Origin: Giardia intestinalis | Lineage: Eukaryota | Length of the DNA: 64,000 nt | Strand: one strand, 5' to 3' | Assembly (NCBI GenBank): GCA_000002435.2 | Contig: CM018791.1 | Part shown: positions 1 through 9,854 of the stretch, piece by piece | Numbering within the stretch: the first letter of the stretch is position 1 | How the letters are laid out: each line of letters starts with the position of its first letter | The notes under the pieces: generated by a model | Told to the model about the DNA's origin: nothing | The model's database searches: none | Seen by the model: the letters and a program-made list of their open reading frames with translations, nothing else | Made by a program: the position numbers and the translations under genes

Positions 1-438
1 CTTCGTCTTATCTGTGCCACGCTCATAATAGCGATCTATGATGGCTTCACCAACAAGAGCTTTGTTGGATAGGGTTAGCTCCTGCACTGACGTATCGCCG
101 TCTTCTGATGCTTGAGCGGCCCCCTGAGGCCCTAGTTGGTAAATGCACAAAGAGAAGTACATCACGGCCTCTAGCGCAAGGACAGCCATTGTGCCCATCT
201 TCTTATTAGGGGGAAACGACGCCACTTCATCAACTGTGTACTCTTTTGGAACAAGGATCAACTCAACCAGTGCCTTAATATCCTTCGTTAGAAGAGGCAG
301 CTTCTCGACAGACAGGCTCTTCGCGGATAGATACCCGCGCATTTCCGTGCCAAATGCCTCGAGAGAAGCCGTGAGTTCTTGTAACTCTGAGGGACCCAAC
401 AGTGAGGGAGAGTCCTTCAGAATCGGTTCGGTTCTCAT
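1..438 (-). CDS. Hypothetical protein, 5' portion only; the ORF runs off the left window edge. Predicted start MRTEPILKDSPSLLGPSELQELTASLEAFGTEMRGYLSAKSLSVEKLPLLTKDIKALVELILVPKEYTVDEVASFPPNKKMGTMAVLALEAVMYFSLCIYQL...
   Basis: I translated this manually; it is not in the ORF track, presumably because it has no stop inside the window. It stays open for 146 codons from the ATG at 436-438 (minus strand) to position 1. An AT-rich initiator, AGTAAAAATG, lies directly upstream. It sits 70 bp downstream of the stop of the neighbouring minus-strand kinase gene, which matches the spacing of the other genes here. Confidence 0.4.
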   Translation of the reverse strand, partial: MRTEPILKDSPSLLGPSELQELTASLEAFGTEMRGYLSAKSLSVEKLPLLTKDIKALVELILVPKEYTVDEVASFPPNKKMGTMAVLALEAVMYFSLCIYQLGPQGAAQASEDGDTSVQELTLSNKALVGEAIIDRYYERGTDKTK

Positions 439-509
439 TTTTACTTGAATCGACTTGTCCAAGAGAACTGAGCAGAGTGAGCTGGCACAAATCCGTGCAG
501 TGAATATAT

Positions 510-2093
510 TTACTTGGACCTGACAGCGGTGAGAAGCAAGGCCTTCTTGATTACTCGCAAACGTGCAGGATTCTTTTCGGTCATCTTTTCCACCAAAAGC
601 TGCTCGCGAGTCATATCTTGAGCTATCTGACTGGCCTGCTCGTACTCTTGTGCTGCTGCAGCCAGAATTTTTTGGCGTCTGGATAACGTACCTTTGGACC
701 CTTTCGGCCCCTTTGCAGGTTTTCCGCGTGGCTCCTTGGTCTTGGTTGGAGGTGATGCGCTAGGCCCGTCAAGATCCTCCACACAATCTTCCTGCTTGAG
801 TGTGTTGACGGGATCCACGGAGATCTGTGCACTTATGTTGAGCTCCGTGGAGTGAGTGTTGGCAGCATCGTTAGATAACGAATTTCCTCTGACAATGGTC
901 ACAGTCCCATACTCTCCATTCTCGTCGGCGCTGATAAGTATCTCCCCGTCTCCTATGGGAGTGTCGGTGGATCCGCTCCTGACGATAGTCCCGACGGGAA
1001 CATCGCTGCTTTCCCCCTGCCTAAGAACCTTGCCATGCATTATGACAGTCCCATCTTCGTAAACCATCGTACCGAAATTTGGATTAGGAAGATGTTGCTC
1101 TGGAGGTGCCATGACGATAGTACCACACTCATCGTAGTCTGTCTCCCCCTGGGCATCGTCGCCATCTACAACTACATCCACAAGGGAGCACTTATAGCGT
1201 TCTGCTATCAGCGTGGGAAGAGTTGACTTACTGACTATCCTGTCGTTTTCAATCTTGCAGTGCATAGTAATGAATTCATGCTGCAAAAGCTCTTCTACCG
1301 TCGCCCTATCTTCCTCTGCATGCTGCAAGCAACGATCAACGAAGTCAGCAAAGACGTCGCTATGTGGCTGCTTAGTAAAGGGGTTAGTACGGCCCTTAAG
1401 CTTCATAGGCGGCTGTCGTGGAATAACGATCATCGCCCGCATGCTCGTCAATTCGGAGTGCGGCGGCTTGCCCTCTGTGAGCTCTATTGCTGTAATACCC
1501 AAAGCCCACACGTCTGCCTTAAATCCATAAGGCTCTCCCTTTATCTGCTGGGGGCTGAGCCAATAGGGGGTTCCAATCGTCGAATTGCGCTGGGCAAAGC
1601 TATTCTGCATCTCAGCAGAAACGCCAAAGTCAGCTATGCGGACACTAGCATCCTCCGAAATGAGCAGGTTGTTGGCCTTTATGTCCCTGTGGATAACATG
1701 TTGCTTGTGAAGGTAGCGAAGCCCGAGGAGTGTACTTGCAAGTGTGTAGCTGCACTGCTCCTCGGTCAATGTCTTGTGGCAGCCGCGCATGAGATCAGAG
1801 ATGGCCCCTGCACTGCAAAACTCTAGTATTATCCAAAGCTCGTCGTCAACCTTGTCTACAAAAGACCCCAAGTACTTGACGATATTTGGATGATTGAGCT
1901 TCTTCATCAACTGGATTTCGAGGATTAGGGCACTAGTGTCCGACTCAAGGGGTATCCGCTTCACAGCCACTATTTCAGATGTCAAGACGGAAAATGCCTG
2001 CCAAACAGCGCCATAGGAGCCGCTTCCTATCGGAGAGAGAAGCTCAAAGCACTCGCGGGGGTTGCCCTCCTCGATGAGATCTGCAAGATTCAT
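510..2093 (-). CDS. STE20-family serine/threonine protein kinase (PAK/MST-like catalytic domain with a long C-terminal tail)
   Basis: Complete kinase motifs are present: GSGSYGAV, VAVKRI, HRDIKANNLL, ADFGVS and GTPYWLSPQ. The ORF track starts this gene at a TTG at 2105. The first ATG is at 2091-2093, which gives MNLADLIEEG..., and it is preceded by the AT-rich TTTTAAAAATG. Confidence 0.85.
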   Translation of the reverse strand: MNLADLIEEGNPRECFELLSPIGSGSYGAVWQAFSVLTSEIVAVKRIPLESDTSALILEIQLMKKLNHPNIVKYLGSFVDKVDDELWIILEFCSAGAISDLMRGCHKTLTEEQCSYTLASTLLGLRYLHKQHVIHRDIKANNLLISEDASVRIADFGVSAEMQNSFAQRNSTIGTPYWLSPQQIKGEPYGFKADVWALGITAIELTEGKPPHSELTSMRAMIVIPRQPPMKLKGRTNPFTKQPHSDVFADFVDRCLQHAEEDRATVEELLQHEFITMHCKIENDRIVSKSTLPTLIAERYKCSLVDVVVDGDDAQGETDYDECGTIVMAPPEQHLPNPNFGTMVYEDGTVIMHGKVLRQGESSDVPVGTIVRSGSTDTPIGDGEILISADENGEYGTVTIVRGNSLSNDAANTHSTELNISAQISVDPVNTLKQEDCVEDLDGPSASPPTKTKEPRGKPAKGPKGSKGTLSRRQKILAAAAQEYEQASQIAQDMTREQLLVEKMTEKNPARLRVIKKALLLTAVRSK

Positions 2094-2129
2094 TTTTAAA
2101 AGCAAAGGGATTTAGTTAATTACAGATCT

Positions 2130-5100
2130 CTATAGATCTTCAAATTCGGAGCCATCTTCGCCCAAATCGATGTCTAACTCATAGAAGTTGTCAGCCCCAT
2201 CGATATCCACATTGACAGAAAACCTTGTCTGTGCACGCGACGATCCCGATGAGCGATCTTTCAGTAACTTTTCTTCACTGATGGATGTGCTATTCAGATC
2301 AGGAATGTAGGACATGCTGCCTAGGAGGTCCAAGTCAGGGATGGTATCCAGCTCTTCGTCTAGGTTTGGCTGCATGTGCTTGGGGGCATTAGAATCAGTA
2401 GTGGCCACAGCTTGTTGTGGAATAGCAGGTGGTCTGGTGGCAACACCGCAGCTCTCTTCAGGAGATGGCTCAGACTCCGACGCAACTGGATTGACAGGGC
2501 CTGCTCCTCCAGGGAATCGGTTCTGTGGAAGAAACGTGAAGCTTGCTTTGCTGACCTGTGTAGGCTTTAGCGGTGATGTGGATTCAGTCTTAGACGAAAG
2601 CGATGCGACATTAAAGTCATCTGATGAGGAGGCTCTATCGCTCTGAGTTTGTACAATTGGCAATGTGGGCATGCTTGATGTAGCTCCATACACTTTTCGC
2701 TGGCCAGCACCAAAGCCTAGCCCGTGAGGAGGACCCTGGTTCTGGTTTAGAATAAGTGTTCTCTTGGGTGACGGAACACTCAGTGACGAGGCTAGAGAGG
2801 CACTGGCGCCCACTCCGTGCAGCTTCATATTGAAGACAACAGCCTCCTTTGTGGAGCTTTCTGGGAGCTCATTTGCGCAAGATGACGAGCCTGCAGTCTC
2901 CAGACTTACGTAGGGAACATCAACTCCCGATATGTAGTCCTCATTGTGAGCAGACCGGTCTTCACTGCATCCATCTTGAGATGTATCTAAGTCGATGTCA
3001 TCGTGTATGTCACCCTGCGTCACAATCTGATCTTGATTCTGAGTGCTTGGAACAGAACCCTCTATGTCCTCCAAACAATGTGAGGGGAATAGCTCAGGAT
3101 CCTCAACCATATATTCATCTTCAGGCGGCACAAATTCCGGCTGATACCCTATGATAGACGAATCGTTTGGTAAGAAGAGCTTGTAATCTCTAGGAGACTC
3201 CGTAGAATGAGTAAGGAGACTGTTTTGGCCACTGTTTAGACTGTGCCGAGACGAGAATGACATTGCACTGAGACCTTTTTGTATGGTGCTAAGAAGAGCG
3301 GTTGCAGTAAGAGGTGCCTTCGCCGAGCACACATCAGATGTCCTGGACCTTCTGTCAAAAGTCTCACTTAGTGAACTAGCTCTTTTATCAGCACTAAAGT
3401 CGAGCTCGTAGTCTTCTGGATCGAGGTGATTGTCCTGACTGGGGGGTCGTCGCAGCACTTGCTCCTGCTCAGACAGAGTACTCACCCCGTCAACGATTAG
3501 AGAGGCGTCATGGCTGCGTCGCAAGGCCTCCTCCAAGCTACGTTTGAACATACTGGCTTGATTTGAGACACTCTCTATGAGGCTATTCATTGCACCTAGG
3601 GACTGATTTGGCCCGCTGGTAGCAGACTCCTGTTGAATCTCCAACTCCAGATCAGCGAAATCACTCACTATGTCTCCTGAGCTACGAGACTCGTTATTCT
3701 GTGGTAGAGCTGCTTGATGCGCTGTGTCATGTGGGTGTGTTTTCGGCCCTGCGTTCGTGCCTTGCGGCTCCAGCAACGAGCTGGATATTTCTGATGGATT
3801 TGCAACTTTATCCATTGACGGCTCATTCAAAATATCACTCGTCCCAGACTTTCCGGACTTGGCTGCACTGGACTTTTGGCCGAAGCTTCTAGGGGAAAGT
3901 GAGCTAGGAAATGCAGGAGATACGCCGGTAATGTTAAGATTGGACCCTAGCCGTGGTTGCAGAAACGCGCAACCCTGGGCATCTAAGCTAGAGGAAGAAT
4001 CTTGCAATGTAGTATGCAATCCTGTAGGATTGGAGTTCTGGACAGCCTTGAACGCGTTTTTGTACTCCTCCTCTTCGTACTCAATCACCTCCACTGAAAC
4101 TGTGCTAGCCTTGCTGGCAGAAGACAGCGCTCCAGAGGAGCTAGTAGAACAGTCCATGAACTTAATGCGGCGCCCCTTTTGGTTTCTAGATGCTGAAGCA
4201 CTGTCATCCCTAGTTGGCTCCCTATCATATGATAGTTGGAGCGCATGAGGCGAGTCCGCTTCTCTGAGTTGCTCATGTGGATAGGATATCTTAGTATCAT
4301 ACTCAAGATTGGGCGCTAAGGGGTTGCTTTCCAGAGAAGAGCCTGAAGAAATTGGCGCCGGGCCGTGTTCATCCGTGGGGTAAGACAGCTTTAGATTGTC
4401 ATGCGCGTGGTTACTACTATTAGCACATTGGTCAGAAGAAAGTTTGAAGGAAATTCCTGCAGTCAGGGTCTCCTCAGTCTGCTCTATTAGCCTAGAAATA
4501 GAATCTGAAGAAGGCCAAGTTTTCTCATGAAGAGACTCGTGTAAGATGTTTTGCGTTGTAGTGTTACTACTAGCTTCATTTGCGGTTCCCTGAGAGCAAC
4601 CAATCTTGGTTCCAGAATGTTCAGAAGTAACCTCTGCGGATTTAATGGGCATAAGGTCCTTGGGAATATTAGAAGGAAAGTTGGTCGTCACAGTTGCTCG
4701 AGGAAATTGGAAAGAAGGATCCTTATCGGTAGAGACAGATATGGACTTGTCTATAGGAGAGGGCATGGCGAACTCTGCAGCCCTTATATTGTTATGAGAA
4801 GCACCTACTGGATTGTCTGAGATGAAGGTAGGTGTCTCTTTTGTCGCCTTCTTAACAGGTCGCGGAGGCAATCTAATGATATTAAAGGACTGAACAATCG
4901 GAGGCGAAAAGTCCGGTGACTCTGCCCGCAGTGCTTCACGATTAGATATCCTCGGGATTACCGTTGCTTCACTATATCTATCGTCAACTGGTAAGGGTGG
5001 GGGATCAGGCGGTATAGTCGTAAACACTTTTGCCCTAAAGCGCGTTCTCCGATGGCCTGCCTCGTCATCCGTATAGTCATCAGTGGTGAGAAACTTAGAA

Positions 5101-6443
5101 ATGGTAGGATTAATTTCTTGATCATAGGTAAGGTCTTCAGCTGAGACCGGTTGGGAAGTCGCCATAGATTCGAAATTGTCTACTTTAACTACAGGCTTAG
5201 ACAGAGAGTTATTAGTGCTACTGTCAATACGCGGGGCTTGAGATGGTGTAGCTACTTCAATATGCTGGCGGACCACGGGTCCTGAACTCTGATCCATAGC
5301 ACCTGGTTCGGGACCAGAGTAGACGCCAGGGTTGGGCGGCATTGAGTAATATGGCCAGTAAGGAGGAGCTGGACACGACGGGGCCGCAGCGATGTTGGGT
5401 GCACTGGGCATGGTGCCATGAGGCTGTAGTGGCATATGGGATGGAATAAAAGGGTGGACAGGAGCTGCCATTTGTTGGCGTCTCGTCAAGTCTTCAAGGT
5501 CTGCTATCCGTCTGAGCAACAGCTGGATAGCTTGCGCTTGCGCCTGCTCCCTCTGATCAGACTGTGCTCTTTCACTTTGGAGGACTGTCGCAAAGTGTGC
5601 GTATTGGGAGAGCTCTTTTTCCTTTTGTGATAAGTGCTCTAAGTTCAGTATGGATTGAGTGAATGTTTGCGACAGGTGTGCGTTTCTAGCCGCGATTTCT
5701 AATAGCTTCTCTTTGTCTTTACGCCGCTTCGAGGAGGATCGGATCTTCTTTGTGCGTTTAGGTTTTAAGAGCTCGGCAAAGATCTCTGCAGAATTGGTAG
5801 GGACATTGTGTACTTTTTCGTCTGAAATGCCACTGGAGGACGTTCTCTTCTTTCCTTCAGTGCCATTCGAAACAGGTGCATTGGTTGTAGTCGGAGCTGG
5901 GGACGTGGTAGTGTTCAGGTGGGAAGGAGGTAATGTGGAATATACGCTGCTGCTATTACTAGGAGCAGACGGCGGGAGTGCGCTGGGAATAGATACAACT
6001 GGGCACGGTATATCGACCGAAGAGTCCCTAGGAACTGACTTACTGAGATGCAGGATTGTCTCCATCACATGAGGGGCCTCTGGCTCTGAGGACGGCACGG
6101 ATGGGGGTGACGGAGCAAAGTTCATGGGCTCTGGAGGGCGGGACCTGTTTTCTGGCTCCAACAGGCCTGCTGCCGCCATTGCACGCTTGTTATCTGCTAT
6201 TGCTTCTGCCATATACCGCTGCAAAATATCGTCATTTTTCTGCTTGACTAGTTCAAAATACGATGTGTTGTGGACATCAGAACGCGAAGGCTTTGATTCG
6301 TGGGCTCTTGTGTATGCAGGTGGGAAATTTACCAGGGAGCTGGCGGGAGGAAGCTCTATGTCTACGGGGCGCCGCGTCAGATTGTGGGCGCTGTAGTATA
6401 TTCCGGCCGTCCCCGCTGGTCTAAGAAGTATGCGAGGCTGCAT
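2130..6443 (-). CDS. Large low-complexity hypothetical protein of 1437 aa, rich in Ser/Pro/Thr, with one Gln/Ala-rich coiled-coil segment
   Basis: This is an uninterrupted 4.3-kb ORF that starts with ATG. I recognise no conserved domain. Its stop is only 36 nt upstream of the downstream kinase's ATG. Confidence 0.7.
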   Translation of the reverse strand: MQPRILLRPAGTAGIYYSAHNLTRRPVDIELPPASSLVNFPPAYTRAHESKPSRSDVHNTSYFELVKQKNDDILQRYMAEAIADNKRAMAAAGLLEPENRSRPPEPMNFAPSPPSVPSSEPEAPHVMETILHLSKSVPRDSSVDIPCPVVSIPSALPPSAPSNSSSVYSTLPPSHLNTTTSPAPTTTNAPVSNGTEGKKRTSSSGISDEKVHNVPTNSAEIFAELLKPKRTKKIRSSSKRRKDKEKLLEIAARNAHLSQTFTQSILNLEHLSQKEKELSQYAHFATVLQSERAQSDQREQAQAQAIQLLLRRIADLEDLTRRQQMAAPVHPFIPSHMPLQPHGTMPSAPNIAAAPSCPAPPYWPYYSMPPNPGVYSGPEPGAMDQSSGPVVRQHIEVATPSQAPRIDSSTNNSLSKPVVKVDNFESMATSQPVSAEDLTYDQEINPTISKFLTTDDYTDDEAGHRRTRFRAKVFTTIPPDPPPLPVDDRYSEATVIPRISNREALRAESPDFSPPIVQSFNIIRLPPRPVKKATKETPTFISDNPVGASHNNIRAAEFAMPSPIDKSISVSTDKDPSFQFPRATVTTNFPSNIPKDLMPIKSAEVTSEHSGTKIGCSQGTANEASSNTTTQNILHESLHEKTWPSSDSISRLIEQTEETLTAGISFKLSSDQCANSSNHAHDNLKLSYPTDEHGPAPISSGSSLESNPLAPNLEYDTKISYPHEQLREADSPHALQLSYDREPTRDDSASASRNQKGRRIKFMDCSTSSSGALSSASKASTVSVEVIEYEEEEYKNAFKAVQNSNPTGLHTTLQDSSSSLDAQGCAFLQPRLGSNLNITGVSPAFPSSLSPRSFGQKSSAAKSGKSGTSDILNEPSMDKVANPSEISSSLLEPQGTNAGPKTHPHDTAHQAALPQNNESRSSGDIVSDFADLELEIQQESATSGPNQSLGAMNSLIESVSNQASMFKRSLEEALRRSHDASLIVDGVSTLSEQEQVLRRPPSQDNHLDPEDYELDFSADKRASSLSETFDRRSRTSDVCSAKAPLTATALLSTIQKGLSAMSFSSRHSLNSGQNSLLTHSTESPRDYKLFLPNDSSIIGYQPEFVPPEDEYMVEDPELFPSHCLEDIEGSVPSTQNQDQIVTQGDIHDDIDLDTSQDGCSEDRSAHNEDYISGVDVPYVSLETAGSSSCANELPESSTKEAVVFNMKLHGVGASASLASSLSVPSPKRTLILNQNQGPPHGLGFGAGQRKVYGATSSMPTLPIVQTQSDRASSSDDFNVASLSSKTESTSPLKPTQVSKASFTFLPQNRFPGGAGPVNPVASESEPSPEESCGVATRPPAIPQQAVATTDSNAPKHMQPNLDEELDTIPDLDLLGSMSYIPDLNSTSISEEKLLKDRSSGSSRAQTRFSVNVDIDGADNFYELDIDLGEDGSEFEDL

Positions 6444-6566
6444 GGAAAGGAGAGCTTCCTGGCGGGTTGAGTGAAAAGCACGAGGGTTTAAAAGTTAGTC
6501 TAAAAATTGATTCACGCAACCGAGTTAATTAATTAAAGAGCACAACTGCTTGGAGCTTGGGGCCCA

Positions 6567-8255
6567 ATGGACGAGAATGAAGATCAGATAGCTATTGAAA
6601 AAGCAACCTTTGGAACGCTGCACATCACTAAGCAGGCCAAGGCCATAAGGAGAAAGGATCTGTCCGTGCTGAGCACAAGTGAAAAGACAGGGGTCTTCGC
6701 CGCTGATGGAGAGTCTACCAACATTAGTCAAAAAGACCTCAAGCGCCTCCTTCCAGAACAGGCAGCCAGGAACATCTTCGAGCTCCGCCAGCCCTCGGGC
6801 CCTTATATTGGCAGGTACGACCGGATTGGAGCGCACATGTTGCTAGCCGGTTACCGCGGCCATCTGGCCATCATTCGAATGGCCGACAAGCACCTTTTAT
6901 CAGAGGTACATTTAGACAACGATATCATAATGGACGCCAAGTTTCTACATAACTGTACCATGTACGCTGTTGCGCGAAGTCGAGAAATCACTCTCTTTGA
7001 TGACAGAGGGATAGAGGTCCACAACATCAATCGGCCTCGCCCTACATTCGTAGATTTTCTTCCTCATCACTGGCTACTCACCAGTGTTTGCCAGGGCGGC
7101 CAGCTGCACTATCTCGACATATCTACTGGCAGCCTAGTGGCCCAGCTCCAAACACCCTTTACCAGTCCGTCTTCTCTAACGCACAATCCGCGGGATGCGC
7201 TCGTTTCCGTCAGTTCCACAACAACTGGGATCGTCAACCTCTACTCTCCCAATCTCGTTGATAAGCCAGTAATGTCCATCAACTGCAGCAACGTTGGAAT
7301 CTCCCGGCATTGCTTTTCCATGACCAGCCCACATATGTTGGTTGCGAACACGGACGGTTTGCTTAAGATATTTGATATGCGCAATTATGGCAGCGAACTC
7401 GCAGCTTTCTCTTTGCTCAATCGCACCCTGACAGATCTTTCTATTTCTCAATCCGGGGTAGTATGCGCAGCGTCAGCTCGCAGCGCCGACTTCTATAAGC
7501 TTTCAGATTTACTAGCATTTAGTTACGATTCGATCAGTCGACTGAGACAGCAGAATGACAACCTCCTCAGTGTGCTTGAGCGCAAGGCAACGGGGGACTC
7601 ACACTGCAGCTTGGCCAAGCTCGATCTGCTGTATATGTCACACAAATATGACGGCAGTGCATTCTCGTCTCACGACCACTCTCACGCCATCCAGCGCAAG
7701 GTTGTCCGGGGTGGCCGAACAGGCTCTGCCGGTGGTGCCAATGGCAGGCGCAGCGGTAATAGCAACTCCATTGTCAGCTGTGAGTTTAGACCATACTATG
7801 ATGATTGTGTTCTCGGCCTGACATCTGGGATCCAGTCGATTATTATCCCTGGCTCTGGGAGTGTGGACTATGACTTCCAGACTGTCAACTTGTTCGAAGG
7901 CAGCAAGCAGCGAAACAACGCAACAGTCCACAAGCTGATTGACAAGATACCATATACGCTTATAGGCAACAGAGACATTCTGACCAGCGTTCATCGTCCT
8001 ACCGACGAGGAGTGGATAAAAATAAAGTATGGTCTCATCAATGAAGCCCTCAGCAACAAGATCATCAGGCATAAGAAGAAGCGCTCTCTTAGAGCCAAGC
8101 TCAACGAGAGAGACTCGATGAAGAGAGTTGCCGAGGAAGTTGAAAAGCGCCTTAACGACATGAAGTGTGCACGTGCTGGTCAGTTGAGCGTGAAGAAGTC
8201 ATACGCTGGCATGCCTGTTCTGGAGCGATTCCGGATAGACGACCGTAAGAAATAA
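6567..8255 (+). CDS. WD-repeat nucleolar protein of the BING4/UTP7 (WDR46) type, a U3 snoRNP / SSU-processome component
   Basis: The C-terminal region IIIPGSGSVDYDFQTVNLFEGSKQRNNATVHKLIDKIPYTLIG matches the BING4CT signature (PGSGEPNFD...ANPFE..KQRRE.EV..LL.KI). A WD-like propeller region lies upstream of it. Confidence 0.55.
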   Translation: MDENEDQIAIEKATFGTLHITKQAKAIRRKDLSVLSTSEKTGVFAADGESTNISQKDLKRLLPEQAARNIFELRQPSGPYIGRYDRIGAHMLLAGYRGHLAIIRMADKHLLSEVHLDNDIIMDAKFLHNCTMYAVARSREITLFDDRGIEVHNINRPRPTFVDFLPHHWLLTSVCQGGQLHYLDISTGSLVAQLQTPFTSPSSLTHNPRDALVSVSSTTTGIVNLYSPNLVDKPVMSINCSNVGISRHCFSMTSPHMLVANTDGLLKIFDMRNYGSELAAFSLLNRTLTDLSISQSGVVCAASARSADFYKLSDLLAFSYDSISRLRQQNDNLLSVLERKATGDSHCSLAKLDLLYMSHKYDGSAFSSHDHSHAIQRKVVRGGRTGSAGGANGRRSGNSNSIVSCEFRPYYDDCVLGLTSGIQSIIIPGSGSVDYDFQTVNLFEGSKQRNNATVHKLIDKIPYTLIGNRDILTSVHRPTDEEWIKIKYGLINEALSNKIIRHKKKRSLRAKLNERDSMKRVAEEVEKRLNDMKCARAGQLSVKKSYAGMPVLERFRIDDRKK

Positions 8256-8275
8256 TTCACTGCTGTTAGTTCCAT

Positions 8276-9838
8276 TCAGTCCTGAAGTTCCTTATGGATC
8301 CTCTCTGCGGTGGCCTCAGAAATAAATCCCATAAGAACGTCTAGTCCATCCTTGCGCATCAGACATACTCCCAGGCGCTCGCTAATGGCAGGTCCAAAGC
8401 ACTCAATCACCCCATCTGTATACTGTATACATGTTATACCGTTATATAGAGCTGATGCTGACCTGATAGTCACGTGTGGAATTCGTTTGACAGACCGCAC
8501 TGCAGTGTGTAGAGGATTATAATATGCATTCTGACTTAAGGCCGTGCCTGGCGCGATAGTGGAGACAGCCGAACATGACTCGAGTAACCGTTGAATCTCT
8601 GAAGCAAGTGCATGGTGTGCCATGAATTGTACGACTAAGAGTGTTCCGTTTGTCATATGCATAAGTACATTCTTGTCTGCAGAGTGTGATGAAAACGAAA
8701 TGCTATGAATGGAGAGGACGGCAATCCCATCTGCGAGTGATCCAATTGTAACCGGGCAAACGGAGATTTCACAGTTTAGGTCGTCATACACCCAAGAATA
8801 GAGCGAGCCGTCATCGCCTAGGCCAATAACTGTAATATTCTTGGCCACTCTGTGCGCTACGCGCCATAGGATTTTGCTTGGGGGCGGAGAGAAGTTGTCT
8901 GAGGGCTTATATGGGACCTCGTAGAATCCCTCTAGGAATGGAACGGTGAGAATAGATATGTCGTTACTTGCATACGGTCTTTTTGGTTGAGTCGTGTCCT
9001 TCCCCATGTGGCTAATGCGCCGGGAGAACAAGACGATTCTTGGGGGTATATCGTTTTCACTTGGCACTAAAATAAAGTCGACTGGCATACGCTGCTGCGC
9101 GCCCGATCTCCCAGTGTAGATGTGTGTAACTGTAAGAGACAAATCACACGAGATAAGAAGAAATTGGTACATAAGGACTCTATTCAATGGATAGTAAACC
9201 TCCTCTTCTAAAGGATACGACTCCTCAAGCTCTTCCTCGAGAAGCTTTACGGCTATGAGTGCTACAAAGCCCCCAGGAAATGGCACGCACTGCTCCATCA
9301 GAAACCCCATCCTAGTCTCGCGAGTCCCCCGAGTGATGAGCTTCTCCTTCATCATATTTAAATTCCTCAGGATGGATTTGTTGCGTACCTGTGCAGTCTG
9401 CGCAGGCAGATCTTCCATGTCGCTACTCTTGGCCTGACCAGTCAAGGCAATGGTCATGAGAGACTCAGCCAAGGTAACTCCGCCCTGATCAAACCCGTGA
9501 TTGGTCAGGAGAGACGGCATCTGGACTCCTCTGGTGATAGACTCGGTAGCATGGTATGTGGAGGTTCCTCGAGAAACAAACTGTTGCAGCGTTCTGACAA
9601 ATTGTTCCTTGCAGATTCCTTCAATGCACTTCTTGCGATAGTCCATGGGGGGCTGTGAGAAGGCTATCGTTCCTTGTGAGATGGTGATATTTGATGGGGC
9701 CGTATATGCATTGCCCTTGAGCTCGAGAGCCTGGTACGCCTCCTTTAAAGTCTGCTGTGGACTATCTTGCTCAGAAGATGGATCAAAATCAGACTGATAG
9801 CTCAGGAAGTCGTCTTCATACTCATTTTCGCCACTCAT
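8276..9838 (-). CDS. Hypothetical protein, 520 aa
   Basis: The ORF is clean and starts with ATG. A 16-bp AT-rich divergent promoter separates it from the next gene. I did not recognise a domain. Confidence 0.65.
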   Translation of the reverse strand: MSGENEYEDDFLSYQSDFDPSSEQDSPQQTLKEAYQALELKGNAYTAPSNITISQGTIAFSQPPMDYRKKCIEGICKEQFVRTLQQFVSRGTSTYHATESITRGVQMPSLLTNHGFDQGGVTLAESLMTIALTGQAKSSDMEDLPAQTAQVRNKSILRNLNMMKEKLITRGTRETRMGFLMEQCVPFPGGFVALIAVKLLEEELEESYPLEEEVYYPLNRVLMYQFLLISCDLSLTVTHIYTGRSGAQQRMPVDFILVPSENDIPPRIVLFSRRISHMGKDTTQPKRPYASNDISILTVPFLEGFYEVPYKPSDNFSPPPSKILWRVAHRVAKNITVIGLGDDGSLYSWVYDDLNCEISVCPVTIGSLADGIAVLSIHSISFSSHSADKNVLMHMTNGTLLVVQFMAHHALASEIQRLLESCSAVSTIAPGTALSQNAYYNPLHTAVRSVKRIPHVTIRSASALYNGITCIQYTDGVIECFGPAISERLGVCLMRKDGLDVLMGFISEATAERIHKELQD

Positions 9839-9854
9839 TAATTAAAATCTTCCC
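9839..9854. promoter_or_regulatory. 16-bp bidirectional AT-rich initiator (TAATTAAAATCTTCCC) shared by divergent genes whose ATGs lie at 9838 on the minus strand and 9855 on the plus strand
   Basis: The two start codons lie directly on either side of it. Giardia promoters are known to be very short AT-rich elements just upstream of the ATG. Confidence 0.6.

Noticed and set aside
143-490. The listed ORFs 143..448 (plus strand) and 275..490 (minus strand).
   Set aside because: They overlap each other and a longer open minus-strand frame (1..438) that has a proper AT-rich initiator. They are probably shadows.
510-2105. The track's TTG and GTG start codons for ORFs 510..2105, 11457.., 24912.., 34776.., 47291..47866 and 60201.., and the overlaps between divergent or adjacent genes that these starts produce.
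   Set aside because: Eukaryotic nuclear genes start at ATG. In each case the first in-frame ATG is preceded by a Giardia-type AT-rich initiator, and using it removes the overlap. The track evidently used a permissive start-codon table.
3724-4248. A 174-aa plus-strand ORF, and many similar ORFs of 60-190 aa that lie antisense to or overlap the large genes. Examples are 5659..6072, 7638..8072, 12002..12256, 16881..17408, 21642..22046, 36885..37316, 38488..39012 and 39473..40183.
   Set aside because: Each sits inside a much longer, domain-bearing ORF on the other strand or in another frame. These are typical shadow ORFs produced by codon bias, and none has a start context of its own.
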